Assembly: GCA_964387675.1 (NCBI GenBank)
Contig: CAYLWL010000001.1
Span: 74,819 to 138,818 of the forward strand
Source of the DNA: an uncultured Candidatus Saccharibacteria bacterium
GTDB taxonomy: Bacteria; Patescibacteriota; Minisyncoccia; UBA6257; 2-01-FULL-56-20
Direction: 5' to 3'
Length of the DNA: 64,000 nt
Within the stretch, counting starts at the first letter, position 1. Each line of letters opens with the position of its first letter. This document shows, piece after piece, positions 18,079 through 27,583 of this stretch. Both the position numbers and the translations under genes were made by a program. A model generated the notes under the pieces. It made no database searches, was not told the origin of the DNA, and saw only the letters and a program-made list of their open reading frames with translations.

Positions 18079-19434
18079 TTAGCTGTGGTAAATCGCTTCC
18101 TTAATCATTAATATCTTCTGATTAAGGTTTTGATTCTTATTGACTTCTTGATTGATTTTTTCGTAGGAGTGAATGGCGGTGGTGTGATCTCTCCCCATTT
18201 TTTCCCCAATATACGGATATGACAACTCGGAAATATCCCGCAATAAGTACATTGCTATCTGCCGCGGCTCCACAACCTCTTTCCTCCGGTTGTGACTCAC
18301 TAAATCTTCCAAAGAAATATTGAAGAAATCGGCCACTGCTTTGAGTATTTGGCTGTCACTCACATATCGAGAAGAAGATTGGAGGGTTTTATTAATGATC
18401 TCTTCCGCCGACTTTTCGTTAATATCGGTTTGTTTTCTGTCTTGAGTGAAGAGTATTTTCTTCAAAACACCCTCCAATTCACGGATATTTCTCTTTACTC
18501 TCTTCGCGATAAGGTCTATAACGGCGTCGTTGAGCTGTAAATTCGCCTCTTCCAGCTTGCTTTTTATGATTGCCACGCGCATTTCGTACTCGGGGTACCC
18601 AATATCTGCCGTAAGCCCCCCTTCGAATCGGGAACGGAGCCGTTCTTCGAGGGTGGGGATGGCTTGCGGCGGCCGGTCGGAGGAAATGATGATTTGTTTA
18701 TTCGCTTCGTATAAAGCATTGAACGTGTGGAAGAATTCTTGTTCTGTTTTTTCTTTTCCGCCGATGAATTGGATGTCGTCGATGATCAACACATCGATAT
18801 CTCGGTATTTCTTTTTCGTATCCTCCATCCTTTTATTTTTTATTCCCCACACGACGTCGCTGGTGAACTTTTCCGAAGAGACATACTTCGGTTTTATTTT
18901 ATTTCTGTACTTTAAGATTATTTCGTTGCCAATCGCCTGGATGAGGTGGGTTTTACCTAGGCCGACACCTCCGTAGATAAAGAAAGGGTTATACTTTTTT
19001 CCTATTTCCTGGACGATTGCCGAAGCGGCGGCGAAAGCCAGTTCGTTCGACGGCCCGACAATGAAGGATTTCAAAGTGTACCTTTGGTTCAGGTTCGTTT
19101 CCGGATCGACTTTGAAATCCAAATCGATTGAATTGTCTATTGTCGAAAGATCGTTGCTGATTGCTTTTGAGGGACTGAACACGCTTGTCGCGCTCGTTAC
19201 GGTAAACTCCAGTTTTTTCACCGAACTATCCATGTTTCTCAATATGCCAAGTATATTTTTGTGGTATTTGTTCTCCACCCATTCTTTCGCGAAGTTGTTC
19301 GGGAGGGAAATATAAAAAGTACCGCCCTTTTTATCGATTAATTTGCTGTTCTTGAGCCAGGTGGCGAAATTAGCCCTTGATAATTGCACCTCCATTTCTC
19401 CCAACGTTGATTGCCAAATTTGATCAAGTTCCAT
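18079..19434 (-). CDS. dnaA: chromosomal replication initiator DnaA
   Basis: Walker A 'GGVGLGKTHL', AAA+ and a C-terminal DnaA-box-binding domain. Start taken at 'MELDQIWQ' (the track ORF extends 9 codons further). Its ATG lies in the family-2 arm 'TTCTAACGGGATG'. Confidence 0.9.
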   Translation of the reverse strand: MELDQIWQSTLGEMEVQLSRANFATWLKNSKLIDKKGGTFYISLPNNFAKEWVENKYHKNILGILRNMDSSVKKLEFTVTSATSVFSPSKAISNDLSTIDNSIDLDFKVDPETNLNQRYTLKSFIVGPSNELAFAAASAIVQEIGKKYNPFFIYGGVGLGKTHLIQAIGNEIILKYRNKIKPKYVSSEKFTSDVVWGIKNKRMEDTKKKYRDIDVLIIDDIQFIGGKEKTEQEFFHTFNALYEANKQIIISSDRPPQAIPTLEERLRSRFEGGLTADIGYPEYEMRVAIIKSKLEEANLQLNDAVIDLIAKRVKRNIRELEGVLKKILFTQDRKQTDINEKSAEEIINKTLQSSSRYVSDSQILKAVADFFNISLEDLVSHNRRKEVVEPRQIAMYLLRDISELSYPYIGEKMGRDHTTAIHSYEKINQEVNKNQNLNQKILMIKEAIYHS

Positions 19435-19553
19435 CCCGTTAGAAATAGGACGCGGACGCAACCGTCCACCCCAATTTTAGTTTTTTTACGTGAATTATTG
19501 CCATTTCGAAGTAAGACATCTGGTTTTTGGCGCGTCCGCGATTTCTAACGGGA
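19432..19553. repeat. Family-2 hairpin element, copy B (arms CCCGTTAGAAAT ... ATTTCTAACGGG)
   Basis: The arms carry a compensatory AT-for-GC change relative to copies A and C, plus an extended stem 'CGCGGACGC/GCGTCCGCG'. One arm is fused to the dnaA ATG. Confidence 0.7.
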
Positions 19554-19719
19554 TCAATTTTTATTTTATGAAAGCGATAGATTCATTCTATTTTTTATCT
19601 GGACGAAGTCAAAGAGCGAGAATCGGCAACTTTGGGGATTACCTGTTAATAACTTTTTCAACCGAGACAAACCGGGTCTCGTTTGTACCCATCAACAGTA
19701 CCATGTTAGTATAGATGAT

Positions 19720-19854
19720 ATGTCGGTTACCTATCAACCGAAGAAAAAGAAGAGAAAAAGGGCGCACGGCTTCCTCGCGAGGCAAAGAAGGTCGTCGGGA
19801 CGCAATGTGCTCAAAAGAAGGCGCGCCAAAGGACGACGCCGGCTTACTGTCTAA
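19720..19854 (+). CDS. rpmH: 50S ribosomal protein L34
   Basis: 44-aa ORF '[44 protein letters not shown]'. It is absent from the ORF track because it is under 60 aa. Classic position between dnaA and rnpA. Confidence 0.8.
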   Translation: MSVTYQPKKKKRKRAHGFLARQRRSSGRNVLKRRRAKGRRRLTV

Positions 19855-19925
19855 TTTGTGGCTTTTAGGTTATAGGTTTTAGGATATGAAAACTGACACC
19901 TCATAGCTGAAACCGAGCACCTCGT

Positions 19926-20252
19926 TTGATGTTTCCCAGGAAATACAGACTTCCTATGCGCGAGAAGGTCGCCCTCCGAGAAACTTTCAGGACCCCGTAC
20001 TTTTTACTCAAAACGTCCTCCAGCGAAAGCGGACACAATAGATTCGGCATTATCGTTTCAAACGCGGCGGTAAAGAAATCCGTCCGCCGTCACCTTTGGA
20101 AAAGAAGGTTCGCCCATCATATCCGCCTATGGCCGAACATCAGGAAAGACATTTTGGTAATCGTTTCTCCGAACATAGAAAATGTATCCACGAAGGACTT
20201 AAAGAAAGAATTGGACAAGATGCTACAAAAGTTATTAATTACTAATTTCTAA
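19926..20252 (+). CDS. rnpA: ribonuclease P protein component
   Basis: Basic 108-aa protein directly after rpmH with an RnpA-like 'RLRK...F' pattern. Confidence 0.7.
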   Translation: MMFPRKYRLPMREKVALRETFRTPYFLLKTSSSESGHNRFGIIVSNAAVKKSVRRHLWKRRFAHHIRLWPNIRKDILVIVSPNIENVSTKDLKKELDKMLQKLLITNF

Positions 20253-20297
20253 ACAATACACAAACCCCAAACCCCGAATTTTAGAAATTTTAACACC

Positions 20298-21035
20298 ATG
20301 TTGTATCTCTACGACACGCTTCTCTATAATCCCCTTCTCAACGTCCTGATTTTCTTTTATAACACGATCGCGTTTGGAGATTTCGGTTTGGCGATAATAT
20401 TTTTCACAATTTTCGTGAGAATTATCCTCTTCCCGCTTTTCCAAAAGAGCGCCAGACATCAGATTGTGATGCAGCGGCTTCAGCCGGAATTGAAAAAAAT
20501 ACAAGAGAAGCATCGGAACAATCGTGAACACCAGGGCATAGAAATGATGGCGCTCTACAAAGAGAAGGGCATCAATCCGTTTTCCGGTTTTCTGTTTTTA
20601 CTGGTGCAGCTGCCGATTTTGATCGCGCTCTACCAAATTTTTTTAAACAGCCAAAGCAAAGATTTTTTGTCGGGACTGTACGGTTTTATGTTCCGCCCGG
20701 ACCACATCAACACATCGTTCGTGGGCTTGATTAATTTGGGGGGACAAAGTATTCTGATGGTGGGCCTTGCGGCTTTAGCCCAGTATTTCCAAGGGATTTT
20801 GACCCTCCCGAAGGCGGAAAAACACCGCGAGCCGACGCCGGCGGAGAAAATAAACCGCCAGATGATCATCGTGGCTCCGTTCATTACCCTTCTTATTTTT
20901 TACAATCTGCCGGCGGCCGTGAGTTTGTACTGGCTTATCGCGACCATTTTCTCCGCCGCTCAGCAGTTTATGATCAACAAACAAAACAAACGCGAACATG
21001 GACAACCCGGAATCATTCGTCAAAAAAATAATTGA
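20298..21035 (+). CDS. yidC: membrane protein insertase YidC (short form)
   Basis: Five-TM Oxa1/YidC core with 'FPLF..S' motifs. Confidence 0.8.
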   Translation: MLYLYDTLLYNPLLNVLIFFYNTIAFGDFGLAIIFFTIFVRIILFPLFQKSARHQIVMQRLQPELKKIQEKHRNNREHQGIEMMALYKEKGINPFSGFLFLLVQLPILIALYQIFLNSQSKDFLSGLYGFMFRPDHINTSFVGLINLGGQSILMVGLAALAQYFQGILTLPKAEKHREPTPAEKINRQMIIVAPFITLLIFYNLPAAVSLYWLIATIFSAAQQFMINKQNKREHGQPGIIRQKNN

Positions 21036-21441
21036 ATATATGGGCTTCAAGGATTATCGCCTGGAAATTAAACCGGAGCAGAAGAGAGGAGCAGTTTTTA
21101 TTTATGACAACCCGACTTTGGTGAAAGAAAATTTGCCGACTCTTGTGGACAGCTTGAATCACGTCGTGCAAATGGCGGTGAGAAAAAACGGCGAACAGGC
21201 GATTCTTTTCGACATCAATAATTACCGGCAAGAAAGAGAAAGCTTAATTACCGAACTCGCGAGGGCGGCGGCGAAAAAGGTCTTAATGACCAAAGAGAAA
21301 ATTTCTCTCCCGGCGATGAACTCTTACGAAAGAAGGTTGGTCCACATCGAGCTTTCGGTGCACCCGGAAGTTACGACCGAAAGCGCGGGAATGGGCAGGG
21401 AGAGATGCGTGATCATAAGGCCAATCGAGAGTAATCGCTAA
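20998..21441 (+). CDS. jag: Jag/SpoIIIJ-associated KH-R3H RNA-binding protein
   Basis: R3H motif 'SYERRLVHIELS'. Follows yidC as in rpmH-rnpA-yidC-jag clusters. Its stop lies inside a family-1 element. Confidence 0.7.
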   Translation: MDNPESFVKKIIEYMGFKDYRLEIKPEQKRGAVFIYDNPTLVKENLPTLVDSLNHVVQMAVRKNGEQAILFDINNYRQERESLITELARAAAKKVLMTKEKISLPAMNSYERRLVHIELSVHPEVTTESAGMGRERCVIIRPIESNR

Positions 21442-21518
21442 TCACGCGAATGGCGGCAAATAACGCTAATATGATTCGCGTTATTACCTAGCGATTAGCG
21501 TTATTCGTGATTACTCCC
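21429..21518. repeat. Family-1 palindromic MITE-like element, copy 3
   Basis: TIRs 'GAGTAATCGC...GTGATTACTCCC'. Supplies the TAA stop codons of both convergent genes (jag and 21501..22739). Confidence 0.7.
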
Positions 21519-22739
21519 AAGCGACACAGCGTAGACCTTGCTGTCCAACCTATTGACAAAGAATAAGTTTTGGCCAAACACCTTCAGGTTTGAGGCGTCG
21601 AAAAGTTGGCTCTCGTCGTTGAAGATAGGCATTATATTTCCTTGAGAAAGATCAATTTTGTAGAGATCGTCGGCGGTGAAAAGCGCTTTCTTGGAATAGT
21701 CATCGGGCAAGCGGGCTTTCGAGAACGCGTTCGCATCGCGCGGTACGGCGCAGTAGAGAACATCCGAAGAACCGGAAGCATTCGGTGAACTTGAGCTCGC
21801 GGCATCCGAGGTTTGCGGCATGGTTTGTTCCCTTCCGAACGCACATTTACTTGGCAGGGTGGCAAGACGGAGCCGTTTCACGACATTGCCGAGGGCATCG
21901 ATCAAACTCAATATGCCGCCGTGCCCGCTTCGTGCCGCGGAAAAAACCAAGCCGACGTTGGTAGATGTCTCGTTCCAAAAGGATTGGAGTCCCAGACCCT
22001 CAGATACCAAAGTTAATTTGCCCGACGCAGTGTCATACATCCACATGGCGCCCGTCACGGCGGCGCTGCTTTTCTCGACAAGGAGAATGTGGCTTTGTCT
22101 TACCCAGTTCAAACTGACGTCTTGAACGCGAAGTTTCGCGAGCTCTTGCGGTTTTGTCGTGGTCTTTGAGACGTTAAGCACCAACAATGACTTGTAATCG
22201 GCGCCCTCTTTGAAATACGCTATCTGATGGCTCGTAGGAGACCAAACAGCGGATTCTGCGCCGAGCGGGAGCGGTTGCCAGGACTTGGAGGCCACGTCGA
22301 AGACGCTTGCTTGCGGCGCCGACGGGTCGCCGAAAGAGGCCAATACTTTTTTTCCGTCATAAGAAAACTCCGCGGAAATAAGCCCGGCGATAACCGACGA
22401 ACTCAAAACGACCGGTTCGCCTTTCGTGACTTTTACGACTTGGCCATCGGGCTGTACGATAATGACGTTGTTTTCTCGATCGACGAAGAAATCGGCCGCG
22501 GGGTTTTGGGCTACAAGACCGAATGTGCCGGAAGCGGATGGCAGACCGGCTTGTTGCGGAGTTTGGGAGCCGGTCGGGGAGGCGGGATTTTGTTGGATAT
22601 TCTGATTTTGGGCGCCGGGCAGGGTTCCGCTCGTTGTTCCCGACGGCGCCGCGCCGGGCCGGTAGCGCAAATAATATCCTACGAGAACCACAAGGACAAT
22701 CGCGGCGATGATGATGAATAAATAAAGGAAACGACTCAT
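21501..22739 (-). CDS. membrane-anchored hypothetical protein (N-terminal TM, Pro/Gln-rich linker, possible beta-propeller)
   Basis: 412 aa; the domain assignment is inferred and weak. First gene of the T4SS-like block. Confidence 0.4.
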   Translation of the reverse strand: MSRFLYLFIIIAAIVLVVLVGYYLRYRPGAAPSGTTSGTLPGAQNQNIQQNPASPTGSQTPQQAGLPSASGTFGLVAQNPAADFFVDRENNVIIVQPDGQVVKVTKGEPVVLSSSVIAGLISAEFSYDGKKVLASFGDPSAPQASVFDVASKSWQPLPLGAESAVWSPTSHQIAYFKEGADYKSLLVLNVSKTTTKPQELAKLRVQDVSLNWVRQSHILLVEKSSAAVTGAMWMYDTASGKLTLVSEGLGLQSFWNETSTNVGLVFSAARSGHGGILSLIDALGNVVKRLRLATLPSKCAFGREQTMPQTSDAASSSSPNASGSSDVLYCAVPRDANAFSKARLPDDYSKKALFTADDLYKIDLSQGNIMPIFNDESQLFDASNLKVFGQNLFFVNRLDSKVYAVSLGSNHE

Positions 22740-22743
22740 GATT

Positions 22744-23124
22744 TTATCTCGCTGCCGGCGCGCCGGAAACGGGCGCGAGCGCCGGGAGCGACAGTTTAGT
22801 GATATCGGGGTTTATAATATTCAGTATAAAATACGCCCCGAAAAGAAGCAGTAAGCCGAAAATTGCCCCCTTGATCCATTCTTTGCCCTCGGTTTGCCCG
22901 GAAGGGTTTCCGGCGGCAGTCATATATTTTACGCCGCCGAAGACCATCGCTCCGAGCGCCAAGACCCCTGAAATCATCAGGGCGAAGTTGTAGAGTTGCG
23001 CTATGAACTCCGTGGGTTTCGGCTCTGCCGACAAGCCGGGGATGCCGACGCTTATGGTAACCGCTTGGGCCGTACCGGTTAAAGCGAGAAGTAAGAAGTA
23101 GGGAATAAGAAGTAGGAGCTTCAT
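22744..23124 (-). CDS. VirB2/TrbC-like pilin
   Basis: Signal peptide plus two hydrophobic helices separated by a short loop ('...ALMISGVLALGAMVFGGVKYMTAAGNP...AIFGLLLLFGAYFILNI'). Confidence 0.55.
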   Translation of the reverse strand: MKLLLLIPYFLLLALTGTAQAVTISVGIPGLSAEPKPTEFIAQLYNFALMISGVLALGAMVFGGVKYMTAAGNPSGQTEGKEWIKGAIFGLLLLFGAYFILNIINPDITKLSLPALAPVSGAPAAR

Positions 23125-23134
23125 GGCGTAGTGG

Positions 23135-23860
23135 TTATTTTACAAAAATAAGGTTTACTCCGGCGTTCGCAACTTCGGTAATACTCCCCGGAATCCCGGC
23201 CGTGAAGTTTACGTTGACCGGAGAGCCGGAGGGAGCGTCCGAATTAAGAGTCACCGTCAAGGACTCCGGACTCTCGAGATTTTGCGAAGATTGCCCGTTT
23301 ACAGACCAAGAAAAATTTAGTTGAGACGACTTTCCCACGTTGAAGAAGAACGGCCATCCTTTGAATCCGATTGAAGTCGAAGAAAATCTGCCGCGAGGGA
23401 ACGGCGACTCGATGACCGCTTCGGGAACCACGACCGGAATCTCGATTGTTTTTAAGACGGGATTTGCTTGATCCGATCCGTACGATGGCAGTTCCACCCG
23501 GAGATCAATGGTGTTTTGCGCGACGCTTGGAGCGTTGAAACTGATTTTTCGCAGACCTACACCCCCCGCGGTAAATTCGCTGTTTACGTACCAATACACT
23601 TGTTGGCCGGAGAGGTCGACGCGAGTTCCGTTGTCAATAAGCTCAACCGAAGCCGTGATGGGAGAATTGGCCGTGGGGAGCGCTTTTCCCGTAAACCAAG
23701 AAGGAACGTACGTATTTGTTTTCCAGGTAATCATAAGCCGTGGCCCTTCGACGCGGCTCAGGACAAGCCCGGATTGTTGAGCTCGCGCCGGCGCGAGAAA
23801 AATAAACAGGGCGGCCGTCACGGTAAGCGTTGTGAGTATAACTTTTTTGCGGTGCTTCAT
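23135..23860 (-). CDS. secreted hypothetical protein (T4SS-like locus)
   Basis: Signal peptide, Ser/Asn-rich, no recognisable domain. Confidence 0.4.
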   Translation of the reverse strand: MKHRKKVILTTLTVTAALFIFLAPARAQQSGLVLSRVEGPRLMITWKTNTYVPSWFTGKALPTANSPITASVELIDNGTRVDLSGQQVYWYVNSEFTAGGVGLRKISFNAPSVAQNTIDLRVELPSYGSDQANPVLKTIEIPVVVPEAVIESPFPRGRFSSTSIGFKGWPFFFNVGKSSQLNFSWSVNGQSSQNLESPESLTVTLNSDAPSGSPVNVNFTAGIPGSITEVANAGVNLIFVK

Positions 23861-23891
23861 ACTTTCGGCAGACTTCCTACTCCTCTTATTA

Positions 23892-24644
23892 TTATATCAC
23901 TTCGGGAGATTTTTCTTCGCCTTCTTCCTCTTCTTCGCTTTCCGGCTTTTCTTCCTCCCGGGGCGTTTCTTCGAAAAGTTTTTGAAGCTTTTCAAGAGGC
24001 GTGAGCTCTTCGCCGAGGGCCTCTTTGGATACCTCAGGTTTCTTGGCTTCTTTTTCGGCTTCGGGGACTTCGGATGGCTTTCGTTCCGGTGCATATTCGG
24101 TCGGTTCCGTGATTTCTCGCGGGGCAGTTTCTACAGCGGTTTTCCCGGCAGTAGCCCCGGCTTCGGCGACTTCCGTTTCGGCTCTGGCCGCTCCGGCCTT
24201 GACCCCCGTTGCCGTTTTTTCTCCCGCGGTAATTTCTCCAGTCGCCGATTCCACGGACGCCGCTTCTTCGCCAAGGGCTTTTTCGGCTCCTCCAACCTTG
24301 CCGGTTGCGAGCGCCGCAACGGCGGCGGCCTTGGGATGATTGACAAGCCATATTCCCAAAAGAACACCAATCGTTCTTCCGGGGATTCCTACAAACGAAG
24401 CAATCCCTGATATTGTTTGCACAAGAGCCGGCCCGCCAAAGACCCCTAGTTTTATGACGTACCAGAACATAAGGAGTGCCCAGACAAATCCGTCAACAAG
24501 CCACGCGAAGCCGTACAGTATTTCACCGATAACGGGGATGGCGAGACCAATGTCGGCAATGATCGTAAGCGCGTCGTTCGCGAGCGCGATCATAATCATC
24601 AGGACTATTTCTACCGTATTAAATTTCTTTCCTCCCTCCTCCAT
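23892..24644 (-). CDS. polytopic membrane protein with acidic Glu-rich C-terminal tail
   Basis: Three or four TM helices followed by a Glu/Lys/Pro low-complexity tail. Confidence 0.4.
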   Translation of the reverse strand: MEEGGKKFNTVEIVLMIMIALANDALTIIADIGLAIPVIGEILYGFAWLVDGFVWALLMFWYVIKLGVFGGPALVQTISGIASFVGIPGRTIGVLLGIWLVNHPKAAAVAALATGKVGGAEKALGEEAASVESATGEITAGEKTATGVKAGAARAETEVAEAGATAGKTAVETAPREITEPTEYAPERKPSEVPEAEKEAKKPEVSKEALGEELTPLEKLQKLFEETPREEEKPESEEEEEGEEKSPEVI

Positions 24645-24662
24645 TTTTTATTTCCTCAAGCC

Positions 24663-26402
24663 TTACCCGCTCTCCTCGAGTAGTTGCTGGGGATTCGTGG
24701 TAATCACTTTATCCTCGAAAAAAGAAGATACGATCTGGATCGCCACGTGTTTCTTGCCCGCGAAAAAGAGTCCGGTTCCGACCTCCGACCCCAGGAGAAA
24801 GTTTTTTTCGGCGTTCGTGAGGTCGAACGCTTTCGCCACGACATCAATCGTCGCCGGCGCCTGTTTCAATAAGAGCTGGAGCGAGGAATTGGTGATAATG
24901 GGCCGGCCGTAGGGAGAGCGCAAGAAGTCCTCAACGTCCTGGGTGATGGTCGAAACGCCGAGATAATACTTTCTCGCTCTTTTCACGAGGCCGAACAGGA
25001 ACGTGGCGCTGTCTTCGTTTTTCATCATCCACCACGCCTCGTCGATGATCAAAAGACGCCGTTTGAGTTCGGCTCGAATCAGGTTCCAGATAAAGTTCAA
25101 AATCACAAACATCGCGATCGGCCGCAGTTCTTCTTCAAGGTCGCGGATCGAGAAAATGATCAATCGGTTCGTGATGTCGATATTCGTTCTTTGGTTCAAA
25201 AATCCCGAAAAGCTCCCTTTCGTGAATTTATAGAGCCGTTCGGCCATCGTCCTCCCTCCTTCGATACTTCGCAGCACGGTTTCCAGGTCTTCGAGGAGCG
25301 GCGGCTCGGCTTGCGAAAAATCCTGATCGGCTACGATTTCTCTCGAAGCGTACGTTTCCGTGATCGCCCTGTCGAGGAGCGCGTCTTCTTCGGCCGTGAC
25401 TTTGCCTAACATTAACTTCACCAAACTCGCGAGGTTTACGATGTGCGAGCGGAGGACGTCCGATGGCGATTCGTCTTTCGGCACGATGGGAATGTCGAAC
25501 GGATTGATGTGCTCGTGGGACGAGAGAGAAATGTTGAAAACGCTTCCGCCCAGGGCCTCCGCCAGCTTGCGGTATTCGTTTTCCGGATCGATGACGATTA
25601 CGTTTTCCACGCCGATCATGAGCGATCGCATGATTTCGAGTTTGGTGGCATAGGACTTTCCCGATCCCGATTTCGCGAAGACGACTTGATTCGCGTTTTC
25701 CAGAGAAAACCGGTTGAATATGACCAAACTGTTGTTGTGAAGGTTCACGCCATAGAGAATTCCTTCATTCGACGAAAGGTCTTCGGATACGAAAGGAAAA
25801 AGGGAAGATATAGGTTGTGAATTCATAGGATTCCACACTTGGAGCTGGTCGTCGCCCAAAGGAAGGATCGAGCAAAACCCCTCCAATTGTTCGAAAAGCG
25901 CCGGCCTCGCGTAAATCAACTTTGATTCCGTGATTGATGTTAGTTTTCCTTCGAGGCGGGATAACTCCTCTTCGCTATCCGCGTAAATCGTGATATACAC
26001 GCCGAGGTTGAACAGTTTTTCTTCCGATTGCTGGAGCGTGTCGCGCAGTGTCTCCACGTCGCGGAGCGCCGTCTCGAGCATGGGATCTCTTACGAGTCCT
26101 TTATCCTGATTTTCCATAATTTGGGATTCCAGCTGGGCGGACTTTTTGCGCAGGTTCTTGAGAGCGGTGCCGGTGTCCACGGGATTCACGAAAATCGATA
26201 CGTCGAAAAGGTTGGGCAGATTGATCAGCTGTTCGGCCCATCCCGTCGAGAGGTAGCGGGGGTACGAGAACAAAAAGAAACTCTTGGCGAGTTTATCGCC
26301 GATTTTGAGATGAGAGGGGAGTACTTGGATTCCTGACGGAGCGATAATTTTTACTATCCCTTCGAAGCCGTTTTCTTTTTTTTCTTTTTCCTGCTCGGCC
26401 AT
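24663..26402 (-). CDS. VirB4/TrbE/CagE-family conjugative ATPase, C-terminal ATPase part
   Basis: Walker A 'KSGSGKS' and Walker B 'LLIIDEAWWMM'. Confidence 0.65.
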   Translation of the reverse strand: MAEQEKEKKENGFEGIVKIIAPSGIQVLPSHLKIGDKLAKSFFLFSYPRYLSTGWAEQLINLPNLFDVSIFVNPVDTGTALKNLRKKSAQLESQIMENQDKGLVRDPMLETALRDVETLRDTLQQSEEKLFNLGVYITIYADSEEELSRLEGKLTSITESKLIYARPALFEQLEGFCSILPLGDDQLQVWNPMNSQPISSLFPFVSEDLSSNEGILYGVNLHNNSLVIFNRFSLENANQVVFAKSGSGKSYATKLEIMRSLMIGVENVIVIDPENEYRKLAEALGGSVFNISLSSHEHINPFDIPIVPKDESPSDVLRSHIVNLASLVKLMLGKVTAEEDALLDRAITETYASREIVADQDFSQAEPPLLEDLETVLRSIEGGRTMAERLYKFTKGSFSGFLNQRTNIDITNRLIIFSIRDLEEELRPIAMFVILNFIWNLIRAELKRRLLIIDEAWWMMKNEDSATFLFGLVKRARKYYLGVSTITQDVEDFLRSPYGRPIITNSSLQLLLKQAPATIDVVAKAFDLTNAEKNFLLGSEVGTGLFFAGKKHVAIQIVSSFFEDKVITTNPQQLLEESG

Positions 26403-26413
26403 TTTAATTTTTT

Positions 26414-26443
26414 AGCTTTTAGCTTTTAGGTGTTAGCTTTTAG
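26414..26443. repeat. AGCTTTTAG iteron-like 30-bp repeat R1
   Basis: 'AGCTTTTAGCTTTTAGGTGTTAGCTTTTAG'. Near-identical copy at 27121-27150 and an inverted copy at 27584-27613. Confidence 0.7.
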
Positions 26444-26451
26444 CACTAAAA

Positions 26452-27114
26452 CTAGCGTTCCGGCAAAACAACTTTTTCTTTTTCGACCGTTCCCGGGTTG
26501 TAAAAGTTATAAAAAAGCTCGATCAGCTGTTCGTCGTTCAAGACGGTCGCTTCGAGGCCGATGACCAGAAGATTCTCCATCACCTGCCGCACCCGCTGTT
26601 TCAACTGCTCCAGGTTTTCTTCGAACGTGGCTTGCGTTTCTTTCTTCGCGCGCTCTTCCGCCGCCTTATTCTTTTTCTTCAAAAAAGGCAGGAGGCCTTC
26701 TATGCCGGTCGCGCTCGCGAGGACATTCGGAAAGAAAGGCACCACCAAAAAAAAGGATTTTTCCATAATGGGATTCTTCTCGATGAAGCCGGAAACGAAT
26801 TCGCGGTACTCTTCGGCCTGGTTCTGCAAAATAGGAGAGGTTTCTCTTTGCTGGAATTCTCGGAGCCCTTCCAGGTATTTGTCGATGTTGATCTTCCTCG
26901 AGTGGATGAGTATTTGCAGGGGGAAATCCAAGCTATTCAGAAGGTTCTGATACGCTTGCAGAACAATGTTTTGCTCCGTTTCCGATTTGAGGGCGAAATT
27001 AATGCCGCCCACCATGACTACTTGGCGCAAACTGCCATTTTTGAGGATAACCGTGCTGTCTTTGATATCCTTGATGGCGACGAGATCTTGGCTGTTGGCA
27101 AATTCTTTGGGCAT
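26452..27114 (-). CDS. VirB4-family N-terminal domain protein (split VirB4)
   Basis: N-terminus '...LVAIKDIKDSTVILKNGSLRQVVMVGGINFALKSETEQ...' resembles the VirB4/PrgJ N-terminal domain. The 49-bp gap to the C-terminal part contains repeat R1. Confidence 0.5.
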   Translation of the reverse strand: MPKEFANSQDLVAIKDIKDSTVILKNGSLRQVVMVGGINFALKSETEQNIVLQAYQNLLNSLDFPLQILIHSRKINIDKYLEGLREFQQRETSPILQNQAEEYREFVSGFIEKNPIMEKSFFLVVPFFPNVLASATGIEGLLPFLKKKNKAAEERAKKETQATFEENLEQLKQRVRQVMENLLVIGLEATVLNDEQLIELFYNFYNPGTVEKEKVVLPER

Positions 27115-27120
27115 GTAAAT

Positions 27121-27150
27121 AGCTTTTAGCTTTTAGGTGTGAGCTTTTAG
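27121..27150. repeat. AGCTTTTAG iteron-like repeat R2
   Basis: 'AGCTTTTAGCTTTTAGGTGTGAGCTTTTAG'. Confidence 0.7.
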
Positions 27151-27159
27151 TCCTTATAA

Positions 27160-27531
27160 TTATAACCCACCTTTAAGCTTCGTGCTTAGTTTTGTTATCA
27201 TGACGCTAAGCATTTTTTGAACTTCCTCTAAAAGAGAAACAACAGAGACGAAATCTAGGGTTGGATATAGTTTTTGAGAAATAATTACTTGGGTTTCCAA
27301 TTCCGCCGAAGACGCGTCTGCGATTCTTAGGAATTGTAAGTATTCCGGAAGGTCTTTTCTTCTCGATCCTTCGGCTATGTTTGACGGAATTGAAATTGCC
27401 GATCGTCTCATTTGAGAAATAAGGCCATATAATTCTTCTCGGGGGAATTGTTTGGTTAATTCGTATATTTTTTCAACCAAGCCAATCGATTTTTTCCAGA
27501 CTTCTAGGTCTTTGTACGATTTTATATACAT
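27160..27531 (-). CDS. four-helix-bundle protein (23S rRNA intervening-sequence / Avd-like family)
   Basis: '...KQFPREELYGLISQMRRSAISIPSNIAEGSRR...' matches the TIGR02436/PF05635 pattern. The gene is bracketed by R2 and the inverted R3. Confidence 0.65.
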   Translation of the reverse strand: MYIKSYKDLEVWKKSIGLVEKIYELTKQFPREELYGLISQMRRSAISIPSNIAEGSRRKDLPEYLQFLRIADASSAELETQVIISQKLYPTLDFVSVVSLLEEVQKMLSVMITKLSTKLKGGL

Positions 27532-27583
27532 TAAAAGCAGCTTTCAGCTGTTAGATGTTAGCTTTTAGTTTTTGTAATCGTAC

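Noticed and set aside
23832-24410. 192-aa and other small ORFs antisense to 23892..24644
   Set aside because: These are Phe/Arg low-complexity translations of the Glu-rich tail region on the opposite strand.
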